A DNA stretch of 64,000 nt from Calditrichales bacterium (lineage in GTDB: Bacteria > Calditrichota > Calditrichia > Calditrichales > J004). The position numbers and the translations under genes were made by a program. Shown piece after piece: positions 1 to 9,254 of the stretch (position 1 is its first letter; the number at the start of each line of letters is the position of its first letter). A model generated the notes under the pieces. It made no database searches. It saw nothing but the letters and a program-made list of their open reading frames with translations, and was not told the origin of the DNA. The stretch spans positions 4,256,001-4,320,000 of the forward strand of contig OZ254086.1 in the NCBI GenBank assembly GCA_965267575.1, written 5' to 3'.

Positions 1-288
1 AAGGTCGTTACTTAAATCCTTTAATTGAGGATTCATTTGTTTTATAAGATTAATCTTCCATTGTCGACGCCAATTTTTTAATTGCTTCTCCCTCAAAATA
101 GCATAATTAATGTCGGAAAAATGCTCATAATATATTAAGTCTTGAAGGTGGTATTTTTTTACAAAATGGGAGCCCAGGCCTTCTTTATGTTCAGCAACAC
201 GCCTCGTTAGGTCATTCGTGACGCCTATGTAAAATGTTGATCTGGATTTATTGCTCATGATATAAACATAACTGTTATGTGTTGGCAT
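1..288 (-). CDS. Small GIY-YIG nuclease family protein (UPF0213/YhbQ-like); 3' end runs off the window
   Basis: Not in the ORF track. Manual translation from ATG at 288: MPTHNSYVYIMSNKSRSTFYIGVTNDLTRRVAEHKEGLGSHFVKKYHLQDLIYYEHFSDINYAILREKQLKNWRRQWKINLIKQMNPQLKDLSNDL. Has YVY..YIG, RR..EH, REKQLK.W.R.WK and NP..KDL motifs. Confidence 0.9.
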   Translation of the reverse strand, partial: MPTHNSYVYIMSNKSRSTFYIGVTNDLTRRVAEHKEGLGSHFVKKYHLQDLIYYEHFSDINYAILREKQLKNWRRQWKINLIKQMNPQLKDLSNDL

Positions 289-357
289 CGCATATTTGGG
301 TTATGTTTTGGCTTTACTGAATCTATTTTAAAATCGCTTTCAATGAAAGTGAGCATG

Positions 358-525
358 GATTCTGAAACGAGTTCAGAATGACGATGTGGGGTTTGCGCCC
401 CCTATTACGTCATCCTGAATTTATTTCAGGATCTCCGGCACGGGACAAAATATAGATGCTGAAACGAGTTCAGAATGACGGTGCTGTGATGTCACCCCGT
501 TACCCGGTTACCCCGTAACCTCTTC
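358..525. repeat. REP-like block 1: CGTC-tagged palindromes plus octamer tract
   Basis: Reverse-orientation copies of module A (CGTCATTCTGAACTCGTTTCAGAATC) at 358-383 and 454-480; module B (CGTCATCCTGAATTTATTTCAGGATCT) at 408-434; GTCACCCC/GTTACCCG octamers at 491-525. Confidence 0.9.
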
Positions 526-2589
526 CTACATACTCCGGGCGTTGTTGAAGAAGATGTTCTTCATGGCTTTGAAGAAGTATTTGACATCTGTGGTAAGGGG
601 ATGTGTTTTTTTGGCGAGGAGATAGCGGCGCTCCGATTCCACGATTTCATCGAAGCTCTTGGGCATGTCGGCGTAATAGGGAGGCACCAGCCCCGGCTTA
701 AATTGCGTACGCAGGGCGCGTACATCTTCCGGGTAAAGGCTGAAATAGTGTTCGCTGAGGGCGCGCACACCAACCAGGTTGATTTCGCCACGGAAGTAAT
801 TAACCAGCTGCGGCAGCTCGTCAATCCAGAATTTGCGGAACAGGCTGCCCCACTCCGTCAGGCGGAAATCATTGAGAAATTTGCCGGTTTCATTGAGCTT
901 GTTCTGCTCGTAGATGTAATCCTGCAGGTATTCCGAGTAGGGGTGCATGGTACGCAGCTTGTGGATATAGACGATCTTTCCATCCAGGCCCACGCGGCGC
1001 AGTTTAATGGTGGGGCCATAGGATGGGTTCCTGTCCAGCGACGGTGTTTTGCGCCGTTGGGCAACAAAATAGAGGTTTTCGTTGAAGACCTCGGTGGCAA
1101 CAATCTTAAAGCCGCAGAACGACAGGCGGCCCAATATCTCCGCTTTGGAGAGCACGCGATTGCGTCCGCGGGTGATGAAAAAATAGACGTGCTTGAGCAC
1201 CGGCATCTTGGGGAATATACGGTGCCAGGTGAAGTCGAGCGGGTAAATCACACGGGCGATGAATTTGGGATACTTGCGGTAGATGAACTTTTTGTGCGTT
1301 TCTATGGTGTGGGCGCGACCGATAAAGTATCCGCCGTTGTAAATCTTCTTATGCACTTCCAGGAAGTAGCGGTTAAGCCAGCGGAAGCCATTGACTTTCT
1401 GCAGGTTGGCGATAAGGCTGAGCGTGTGGTTCCCGATTACCTCAATGTTGTACATGGTGTGCGTATTCAGTACCACTGTCTGGCGCTCATCGTGGTCACG
1501 CAGATCAAGATGGCGGTCGAGCATGTCAAAAAGCTTGGGATCGGACTTGAGATAGTGGTCATGCAGCTTTTGACGTACTTCCCTGAAATCATGAGCGAAC
1601 TGCGCTTTGAGCTGCTCCGTTTCCAAAGGCAGCAATTCCTGGCGCAAAATGGCCTTAACAGCTTCCACTTCTTCCACATCGCCGCCGTTGGACGGTTTGT
1701 TAAGGCGGCGCATAAAGAGCGGCATAAAGGCCACGGTTTCAAGCGCCAGCAGCAGCACAAATGTGCCGAACAACTGTAAACGCGAGAATTCAAACAATCG
1801 GAAAGCAAAAACAAGCATGGCACTGATGGCCGCCATTAACACAGCCGCTTTTATGAAGGGCGCGCCGGCATACCAGATGTTGCGGAAATCCTGGCGATCA
1901 AATTTACGCGTCAGAAGCGAAGTGATCAGCCAGACGCCGAAAACCAGCAGCAACAGCTGTTCATAATCCGGGTTAAGCGCAAAAGCATCACGCTTGAAAT
2001 AGTTGACAAGAAAGAAGGATCCGATCAGCAGAAAGAGATCGGCAGCGAACAGCTTAAAGGAAAAATTGACATAGCGCAGCGGCAGGTTTTCACTGCCATG
2101 ACGGCTTTCATAAATGGCCCGGCCGCGCGTGTGGTAGAAAACCGAATAAAGCGCCCACTCCCCCGCCGCAAGCAGCAATACAGTCCCGAACACATGCAAA
2201 CGCGAGTACTCATAAAATCCGGCAATTACGATAACAATCGAAACAAGGTATAACAATACCAGGTTTGATTTGGCAACAGTGAGAAAAAGGTTCTTGTAGT
2301 TGGGATAAGAACGGATATCGAATTTCTTAAATATGAAGGAGTTGGCCAGCCAAACGGTATTAAAGCCAATCAGCAAATTGACATAATCCGGTGACATGAC
2401 AAAGGTACCGCGCTTAAAGTAGTTAAGCAGCAGATAGGAGGCGTTGACCAGGATAAGGTTGAGTACAAATAAAAGAGCAATGGCCCTTGTACCTTCTCGT
2501 GCCCTGGGTGTTACCGTTATTGTAAGATTATTTTCTTGTTCCGGCGTATTAAAAGGACTCACAATGCGCTTGATACTGCTTGTTTTCAT
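526..2589 (-). CDS. Initiating polyprenyl phosphoglycosyl (sugar) transferase with duplicated N-terminal membrane region
   Basis: C-terminal Bac_transf motifs KLRTM, D.RLT..G...RK.WIDELPQL.N...GE..LVG.R and KPGL; multiple N-terminal TM helices. Confidence 0.9.
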   Translation of the reverse strand: MKTSSIKRIVSPFNTPEQENNLTITVTPRAREGTRAIALLFVLNLILVNASYLLLNYFKRGTFVMSPDYVNLLIGFNTVWLANSFIFKKFDIRSYPNYKNLFLTVAKSNLVLLYLVSIVIVIAGFYEYSRLHVFGTVLLLAAGEWALYSVFYHTRGRAIYESRHGSENLPLRYVNFSFKLFAADLFLLIGSFFLVNYFKRDAFALNPDYEQLLLLVFGVWLITSLLTRKFDRQDFRNIWYAGAPFIKAAVLMAAISAMLVFAFRLFEFSRLQLFGTFVLLLALETVAFMPLFMRRLNKPSNGGDVEEVEAVKAILRQELLPLETEQLKAQFAHDFREVRQKLHDHYLKSDPKLFDMLDRHLDLRDHDERQTVVLNTHTMYNIEVIGNHTLSLIANLQKVNGFRWLNRYFLEVHKKIYNGGYFIGRAHTIETHKKFIYRKYPKFIARVIYPLDFTWHRIFPKMPVLKHVYFFITRGRNRVLSKAEILGRLSFCGFKIVATEVFNENLYFVAQRRKTPSLDRNPSYGPTIKLRRVGLDGKIVYIHKLRTMHPYSEYLQDYIYEQNKLNETGKFLNDFRLTEWGSLFRKFWIDELPQLVNYFRGEINLVGVRALSEHYFSLYPEDVRALRTQFKPGLVPPYYADMPKSFDEIVESERRYLLAKKTHPLTTDVKYFFKAMKNIFFNNARSM

Positions 2590-2689
2590 ATAAAGGAGTC
2601 GCCAATCTAATAATATTTCGCAATAATTGTATCGATATAGCTTGAAATAACTTTAGTTTTTTTGGACACGGAAAGTTATGGAGCGGCGG

Positions 2690-3282
2690 AAGTGAGAAGA
2701 AGTGACGGGGTAACCGGGTGACGAGGAAGAGAACCCATCCTGCCCTGAAGGGCATCCTTCCCTTAACCTAAGGGAAGGAACGGACCACTTCGTCATTCTG
2801 AACTCGTTTCAGAATCTCTCCCCCGTGCTGTGAAGAAGATCCTGAAATGAATTCAGCATGACGTCCTGAAGAGGTTACGGGGTAACGGGGTGACGAAGAA
2901 AGGGTTACGGGGTAACGGGGTAACCGGGTGACGGAGAGAACCCATCCTGCCCTGAAGGGCATCCTTCCCCCCGATAGAATCGGGACAGGCTTGCCTAAGG
3001 TAATGAGAAAACCTGTCATTTCGAAGCCCGGCAGGGTGAGAAATCCAGGATGCGTCTGCTGTCGGGATTTCTCACATTCGTTCGAAATGACAATAGCGCG
3101 AGTATTGCTTTACTTATAACATTATTTCTTCGTCACATCATCACTTCATCACTTTCTTCCGCTTCGTCATTCTGAACTCGTTTCAGAATCTCTTCCCCGT
3201 GCTGTGAAGAAGATGCTGAAATGAATTCAGCATGACGCTCGAGGCACTCTGTTACCTCGTCACTCCGTCACCCCGTAACTTC
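2690..3282. repeat. Mosaic REP-like block 2
   Basis: Module D (reverse) at 2732-2779 and an interrupted copy at 2939-3000; A+B inverted doublets at 2791-2863 and 3165-3237; module C doublet (TGTCATTTCGAA...TTCGAAATGACA) at 3014-3092; octamer tracts at both ends and internally. Confidence 0.9.
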
Positions 3283-4052
3283 TTCAAAGCGCTTTTGATG
3301 ACGTTCTTAACGTTCTGCAAGACCAGCTCCCTGGCCCAGCCGAAGCCTGGTTCGAACCAGCGCTGGGGGTGTGTGTTGATGATGATCTTTTGTGGAAGGG
3401 TGCCCGCTTTGCAGGCGGAAATTATATCCTGTGTGCTGCGGATGCCGGGATCGATGCGATCGTTTAGTAGGGTTTTTCCGGATGCGGGCAGCAGCCTGTC
3501 GCGGACGTTGGCGCTTTGGTTGTTCCATTTGCGGCCGGTATCGGTAAGGTAGTAGACATCGCTGTAGTCGACATCGTAGTAGGGTTCGAATTGGATGCCG
3601 TAATCGCGGTAGTTGTAGGCGGACCAGATCTCGCGGTTGTCAATACGGGAGAGTGGACTGCCGTGCATGCATATCGTTTTAACGGGGTAAATTTCACGAA
3701 AGGCCTGCAGGTTTTGCTTAAACTTTTCGATGGCTTCTTGTTTATCGCCTTTGGCCAGGGCCAGGTCTTCGTAGTGGTAGCCTATCTCATGCCCCAGATC
3801 GGCAATCTTTTTGATGATCTCTTTATCGAAGACGCCGGGAATAGCGCGGAAGTAATAGCTGGCGGCAACACCCTGCTCTTTTTCCAGCTGCGCCATCCTC
3901 AGCGCGTTTTGCGGCAGCTTGTCCACGTCGTGACGCATTATCGCGTACTTTTCGGCAGAGACATCGTTAAAAGCCAGGAATGTTTTAAAGGTATAGCCCT
4001 GCTCTTTCAGCGCCAGCAGCAGGTTTTTGTAGGCAGTGAGGGTAAAGTCCAT
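3252..4052 (-). CDS. Polysaccharide deacetylase-like protein
   Basis: RHDVD, GHEIGYHYE, MHGS, YLTDTGR.W and HPQRW motifs; glycan locus context. Confidence 0.7.
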   Translation of the reverse strand: MDFTLTAYKNLLLALKEQGYTFKTFLAFNDVSAEKYAIMRHDVDKLPQNALRMAQLEKEQGVAASYYFRAIPGVFDKEIIKKIADLGHEIGYHYEDLALAKGDKQEAIEKFKQNLQAFREIYPVKTICMHGSPLSRIDNREIWSAYNYRDYGIQFEPYYDVDYSDVYYLTDTGRKWNNQSANVRDRLLPASGKTLLNDRIDPGIRSTQDIISACKAGTLPQKIIINTHPQRWFEPGFGWARELVLQNVKNVIKSALKKLRGDGVTR

Positions 4053-4073
4053 TTTAGAATTATAGATTAAATA

Positions 4074-5168
4074 TTATTTAAATTTTTCCTGATAGTTAGG
4101 ATTCTCTTTCATGATTTTAACGCTATCAGGATAGTTCTCTACAAACCAAACTAAAAAGGCGGTTACATCTATTTTGTCAGCTAATAATGCTGCGCGACGC
4201 TCTTTCCATTGTTTAGCCAGATCTTTTGTGCTTAAAAGGCTTTCTATTTTCGCGAACATTGCATTTGTATTATTAGGTTTAAAGCCGAAGGTCAATCCAT
4301 ATTTATGTTCTTGTTCCTCCAAGTAGGAGATTTGTTCTACAAATGAATTACACCTAATTGAAGGTACCCCTAAAACCGCGGCTTCCGATGTCATTGTTTG
4401 GCTATCGCCAATAAACATTTTTGCAAAACTCAAAAATGAATGAATCTTATGTGAGGGAATCTTAATTTGATACTCTTTGAATTCCTCATCAATCTTGCTT
4501 TCAGTTGTAATAAATATCTTGCCATGCGGCTTTAATAAGGTAATAAGTTTACGCTTGTTTTCTAATGATAACCCAGATGCGCCTACGTCATGATGGGCTT
4601 TAAATGAATTAAACCGCAAAACAAAGTAAGGCTCACCTTTTTGCAAACCCGCTTCAAACAAAACGTTTTCATCAGCCTCAAAGCGGTTGGGATGAAGGTA
4701 GGCAAGTTCGTGATAACCAGGATAATAAAGCGTGTCCTTTTTTTGTCTTTTGTTCCTTAAGACGTCTGGAGACAAAAGGACATCCGAAAAAGGGTGGGCA
4801 AATTTAGCAAACAACGGCTCGACTGCATCGTCATCATCATCTAAAATTAACGATTTCATTTTAGAAACTTTTGAAGTATGTGCTAGATTGATGGAGGAGC
4901 CAATTCCAATATTGATACTATGGCGACGTACTAATGCCGCAATTTGTAAATCGTATTTTACTTGACGAAAGGCTTTCAATAACAAATTATCCGACTTCGT
5001 GCCAATGAGTGTAAATGGAATTTGATAAAAAGAAAGCAATTCTATTGCAGAATTAAGATTATTTTTTACAGATACAAAAACGGAATTACCTGCACCAGTT
5101 AAATCAAAGTAAAGATTCCGAAATAAATGAACATGAGCTGGATGGCCGATATCGATCAGAAAATTCAT
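4074..5168 (-). CDS. DUF354 family (GT-B-like) protein
   Basis: N-terminal DIGHPAHVHLF; YPGYHELAYLHP; GDSQTMTSEAAVLGVP. Confidence 0.85.
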   Translation of the reverse strand: MNFLIDIGHPAHVHLFRNLYFDLTGAGNSVFVSVKNNLNSAIELLSFYQIPFTLIGTKSDNLLLKAFRQVKYDLQIAALVRRHSINIGIGSSINLAHTSKVSKMKSLILDDDDDAVEPLFAKFAHPFSDVLLSPDVLRNKRQKKDTLYYPGYHELAYLHPNRFEADENVLFEAGLQKGEPYFVLRFNSFKAHHDVGASGLSLENKRKLITLLKPHGKIFITTESKIDEEFKEYQIKIPSHKIHSFLSFAKMFIGDSQTMTSEAAVLGVPSIRCNSFVEQISYLEEQEHKYGLTFGFKPNNTNAMFAKIESLLSTKDLAKQWKERRAALLADKIDVTAFLVWFVENYPDSVKIMKENPNYQEKFK

Positions 5169-5174
5169 TAAGTT

Positions 5175-6176
5175 CTATTTGAGTTTTTGATATAACTTAA
5201 AACCAAAACTGGCGGCTTTAAAAAGTAAAGGTTTATGAATTTTCTCATATCTACCAAAATTTACAAAGATACCACCAAATTTCTTTTTATAGTCTCTGAC
5301 TCCATAAGGCACTCCCGGTTTTCCGGCGCCACCAAAATCAAATCTTATATAGCCGTTTGCTTTGCCCCACAAAAACACTTCCCAAGGGATCAAATCATTC
5401 GGGTATTTATTATAATATTCCTGATAGCTTCCGGCATACCAATCATAGATTGTTTTTTTAAAACACAAGGCATATAAAGTACCTATTATTTTATCTTTAT
5501 ATATTGCTTTAAAAATTTTGAAATGTCTCGGGCCAAAAATATCAAAAGCCTTTTCAAAATACGATAAAGCGGGTAAGGGCAACTTAGCTCTACCGTAAAC
5601 TTCCCTTAAAATATCATAGGTAGGTTTAATGTCTTCTTTGAGGCCGGAGACAGCAAAAGTTGTTCCTTGTTTTTTTGCACGTCTAATTTCATTCCGGCGT
5701 TTAGAATGAACCTCTTTCCAAAGAGTGTCCTCGCTCTGGGCAAGATCAACATGAATATTTAAATGATCTTCATAAATCCAACCGTTCTTTTGAAAAGCAT
5801 CTTGGATATTTGACATATCGTGCAGATTTCGAAATTGGGAATAGATCGCACGGGTGGAAGCAAGGCTGTTAAACGATTTTAAAATTGCATATGCAACATC
5901 ATTACGATCCTCCTTTACGAGAGGACCTCCAAAAATTATACATCTCCTTGATAAAAGACCAAGAGGACCTGAACCTTCTTTAGTAACTATGCCTAAAAGA
6001 CTGCCAACGATATTGTTATTTTCAATACATATTATTATAAGCGGCGTATAGTTATCTAAACTATTATAAAAATAATAAGCATCCACTGACTGAAAATAGT
6101 TATAATTTGGATGACCTTCGAGATATACTTTAAGATGTTCTAATTCTATTTTTGAAATGTCAGTAATAATCTTCAT
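5175..6176 (-). CDS. FemAB-like/GNAT acyl- or aminoacyltransferase
   Basis: FGGPL, RRNEIRRA, YDWYAGS, PNDLI.WE and FDFGGAG..YGVRDYKKKFGG motifs. Confidence 0.8.
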   Translation of the reverse strand: MKIITDISKIELEHLKVYLEGHPNYNYFQSVDAYYFYNSLDNYTPLIIICIENNNIVGSLLGIVTKEGSGPLGLLSRRCIIFGGPLVKEDRNDVAYAILKSFNSLASTRAIYSQFRNLHDMSNIQDAFQKNGWIYEDHLNIHVDLAQSEDTLWKEVHSKRRNEIRRAKKQGTTFAVSGLKEDIKPTYDILREVYGRAKLPLPALSYFEKAFDIFGPRHFKIFKAIYKDKIIGTLYALCFKKTIYDWYAGSYQEYYNKYPNDLIPWEVFLWGKANGYIRFDFGGAGKPGVPYGVRDYKKKFGGIFVNFGRYEKIHKPLLFKAASFGFKLYQKLK

Positions 6177-6219
6177 TTACTAAAATAATAGTTGAGGTAA
6201 TTTGAACTCATTGTATTTT

Positions 6220-8067
6220 TTAATCAATGAATTCCCTGAACCATAGTTCTAGATGAATCCATTTCCATATTTCCTTGGAAATTTGATGCTTCTTATTAAG
6301 GTGCTTTTCATAAAGACGTTTGGCTACTTTATTATCTATGATTTCGCGGCTCTTAAATGAGTCGGATTCCAATATATTTGAGATAAAGTTTTTAAAAATA
6401 TCTTCTCTGAACCATTCATCTTCCGGTGTCATAAAACCGATCTTGTCTTTTCTCAGCCTTATTTCTTCCGGCAAAATACCACGCATAGCTTCGCGAAGAA
6501 TATGCTTTGTCCAGCCATTGTTAATAATTTTATGACTGTCACATGCCAGTGTCCTTTCAACAAGACGATAATCCAAAAACGGGACACGGGATTCCAGGGA
6601 AAAGTACATTGAGTTTCGATCTTCCCATTTAAGAAGATGCTCAAGTTTGTATTCAAAATGATCCATTAAAGATTTTGTAAGAGAATCAGAGTCATATAAA
6701 TGCCCCGCTATTGTATTGTTAGAAGAATAATTTTCAGCGAAGCTCTTATACAAATATCCCTTTTCCCCGACTCTTGCAGCCGTTTTTAATTTTGAAGGCA
6801 TCATAAAATAAGCAAAAGATTTTAGGCCGTAAGTATCTTTATGAAGGCTCAAATATTTAAATACTTCAATTAATAGAGTCCAAAGTTTTAATTGTTTTAA
6901 CAGATCTTTATAGTAGTAGCCAAAGAAATAGTGGTAGCCGCCAAGCTGCTCGTCTGCTCCTTGACCATCAAGTGTCACCACAACGTTTTTGCTTGCTAAT
7001 TCCATAACCTTGAATTGCGCGTAAGGGGCGGTACTTGGTATTGGTTCCCCGTGCGCGGCAACGAATTGTGGCAAATCCTCAAAAAGTGAATGTGCATCCG
7101 GGGTTGTAAAAAACATATTGTTCAATGAATTACTGTATGTTTTAATAAAGCTGGATTCATCCCCCGTTTTCCCGGCACCATAAACAGCAGAGAATGTATT
7201 TAAATCATGCTTTTTAAAATCTTTCAGCAGCACAGATACTATGGATGATGAGTCCAAACCACCGCTGAGACAAACGCCAACGGGAACGTCACTGCGCAAT
7301 CTTAGAGCAACGGCTGAACTAAATAGGGTTTTGTATTCTGCCGCATCAACAAAAGGCGAAGATGCTTCAACCCTGCTTTTTAAATCGTACCACTTTTCAA
7401 ATTGAATTGTCGGTTCCGAAGAGCCGTCGTTCGCTATTACGATTTTGTGGCCATGCTGAAGCTTTTTAATTCCCTCAAAGAACGTATCTTCAGTTTGGTC
7501 GGTGCGATTAAAAACCAGGTAGTCAAATATGGCCTGATTGTTTGGTTTTGGTTTAGTATCCAGAATGGACAAAATTGGCGGTAACTCAGATGCAAAAATA
7601 AGTCTTTTATCATCGCGATAATAATACAAAGGCTTGATTCCGAAACGATCCCTTGAAATAAAAAGATTTTTGGTGTGGGTATCGAAAATGCAAAAAGCCC
7701 ACATTCCATTGAATCTACTCAAACAAGCTTCACCCCACTTAAGATAGGATTTTAAGATAACTTCGGTATCTGTATTTGAGTGAAAGGTGTAGCCATAGCT
7801 TTCTAATTCCCTGCGTAGTTCAAGGTAGTTGTAGACCTCTCCGTTGTGTATAATCAGAAACCTTCCGTCATCATCAAACATAGGCTGGTGGCCGGAAGAT
7901 GATAAATCCAATATGCTTAATCTAACAAAACCCAAAGCCACATTTGAATGCACAAACGTACCTTCATCGTCAGGCCCACGATGCTTTAATTTTTTCATCA
8001 TGTGACTAACCTTAAATCCTTGAGCTTGGTCGTTATTTAGATTAATAATACCGCAGATACCGCACAT
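6220..8067 (-). CDS. asnB: Asparagine synthase (glutamine-hydrolysing) family amidotransferase, probably glycan amidation
   Basis: MCGICG N-terminus, HRGPD, RLSILD, NGEVYN, RDRFGIKPLYY, LSGGLDSS, ESRVPFLD. Confidence 0.95.
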   Translation of the reverse strand: MCGICGIINLNNDQAQGFKVSHMMKKLKHRGPDDEGTFVHSNVALGFVRLSILDLSSSGHQPMFDDDGRFLIIHNGEVYNYLELRRELESYGYTFHSNTDTEVILKSYLKWGEACLSRFNGMWAFCIFDTHTKNLFISRDRFGIKPLYYYRDDKRLIFASELPPILSILDTKPKPNNQAIFDYLVFNRTDQTEDTFFEGIKKLQHGHKIVIANDGSSEPTIQFEKWYDLKSRVEASSPFVDAAEYKTLFSSAVALRLRSDVPVGVCLSGGLDSSSIVSVLLKDFKKHDLNTFSAVYGAGKTGDESSFIKTYSNSLNNMFFTTPDAHSLFEDLPQFVAAHGEPIPSTAPYAQFKVMELASKNVVVTLDGQGADEQLGGYHYFFGYYYKDLLKQLKLWTLLIEVFKYLSLHKDTYGLKSFAYFMMPSKLKTAARVGEKGYLYKSFAENYSSNNTIAGHLYDSDSLTKSLMDHFEYKLEHLLKWEDRNSMYFSLESRVPFLDYRLVERTLACDSHKIINNGWTKHILREAMRGILPEEIRLRKDKIGFMTPEDEWFREDIFKNFISNILESDSFKSREIIDNKVAKRLYEKHLNKKHQISKEIWKWIHLELWFREFID

Positions 8068-8069
8068 TA

Positions 8070-9254
8070 TTAATTATTCCAATATGCTTTATTGATTATG
8101 TTATCATATATCTTTTCTAATTCAACTTGCTTATTTAGCAAAGCAAGATGTCTGAGTGCTGATTCACGCGCACCGCGGCCAAGCTTGGCTCTTAATTTTT
8201 CATTACTACTTAATTTAATAATCCCCTCTGCAAGGCCATTAACATCCCATTCCCTAACCAAGATTCCTGTTTCATTATGAAATATTACATGGGGTATGCC
8301 ACCATGGTATGTTGAAATTACGGGCAATGAAGCAAACATTGCCTCAACTATTGCACCTGGAATGCCTTCCTTGTCTTCTTTTGTAGTCACTGAGGGGTGA
8401 ATAAAAATATCAGCGTTTTTTAATGCTCGTTTAAATTCAGATGAACCATATGGTACAGAACCGTGTAAATTTACATAATTTTTTAAATTTAAACGCTTAA
8501 TTTCTTGTTCTATCTTATATCTGTAGTGGCCATCGCCAAATATTGAAAGTTTTAGTTTCTCCATGCCCATATCTATAGCTCTCCTCATTGCTCTAAGCAG
8601 AAAGATGTGGCCTTTGACGGGATCTAAATAAGAGATTATAAGCAGTTGAATATGAGTTTTATTTTTATAATTGTTTTTCCTAAAACCAGGAAATAAATCT
8701 GGAACACCATGATAGTGAATAATAACTGAGTTATCAGGACAGCCTGCCTTTAGTAAATCTCTTTTCATTTCAACTGACATTGCCAAGACATAATTAACCG
8801 TTGAAAAAACTCTTCTTTTTAAATATACTCTGCCAATACCAAAATATTTTTTAGGAAATGAAAAAGCGTCATAACCGTAAAAGGATGTTACTGACGGTAA
8901 ATATGTTTGTTTAAGAAAAGGATAATAAATGCCAGTATCTGAACCATAATGGAAATGGACAATATCAACTTTATTATCTTTTAAAAAGTTATTTATTTTT
9001 AAGACAGCATCCTGAGAAATAATTTTAATAAACGTATAAAAAAACAGACCTTTAATATTGTGAGAAAATTTTATCTTTAGATTCAATATTGGAATATCAT
9101 TTTCATCAAAATATGAAAAACGATAATCTTTATCTTCAGAATCATACAGATATACGATAACCGGTTTATAACCTAAATGGTTTAATATTTGGTTTCGTAT
9201 AAACGATGAGTTGAGTTGGGAAGACTTTCTGACAAAGTGGGCAACCGTTTTCAT
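8070..9254 (-). CDS. Glycosyltransferase family 4 (WcaL-like)
   Basis: HFHYG, SFYGYD, DIFIHPS..EGIPGAIVEAM...LPVIST.HGGIP. Confidence 0.9.
   Translation of the reverse strand: MKTVAHFVRKSSQLNSSFIRNQILNHLGYKPVIVYLYDSEDKDYRFSYFDENDIPILNLKIKFSHNIKGLFFYTFIKIISQDAVLKINNFLKDNKVDIVHFHYGSDTGIYYPFLKQTYLPSVTSFYGYDAFSFPKKYFGIGRVYLKRRVFSTVNYVLAMSVEMKRDLLKAGCPDNSVIIHYHGVPDLFPGFRKNNYKNKTHIQLLIISYLDPVKGHIFLLRAMRRAIDMGMEKLKLSIFGDGHYRYKIEQEIKRLNLKNYVNLHGSVPYGSSEFKRALKNADIFIHPSVTTKEDKEGIPGAIVEAMFASLPVISTYHGGIPHVIFHNETGILVREWDVNGLAEGIIKLSSNEKLRAKLGRGARESALRHLALLNKQVELEKIYDNIINKAYWNN

Noticed and set aside
601..1779. 392-aa plus-strand ORF
   Set aside because: Antisense shadow of the sugar transferase.
2549..3119. 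Short ORFs 2549-2755, 2768-3019 and 2928-3119 (also 34143-34334, 35308-35493, 40852-41037)
   Set aside because: Wholly or partly translations of repeat modules; no protein family signal.
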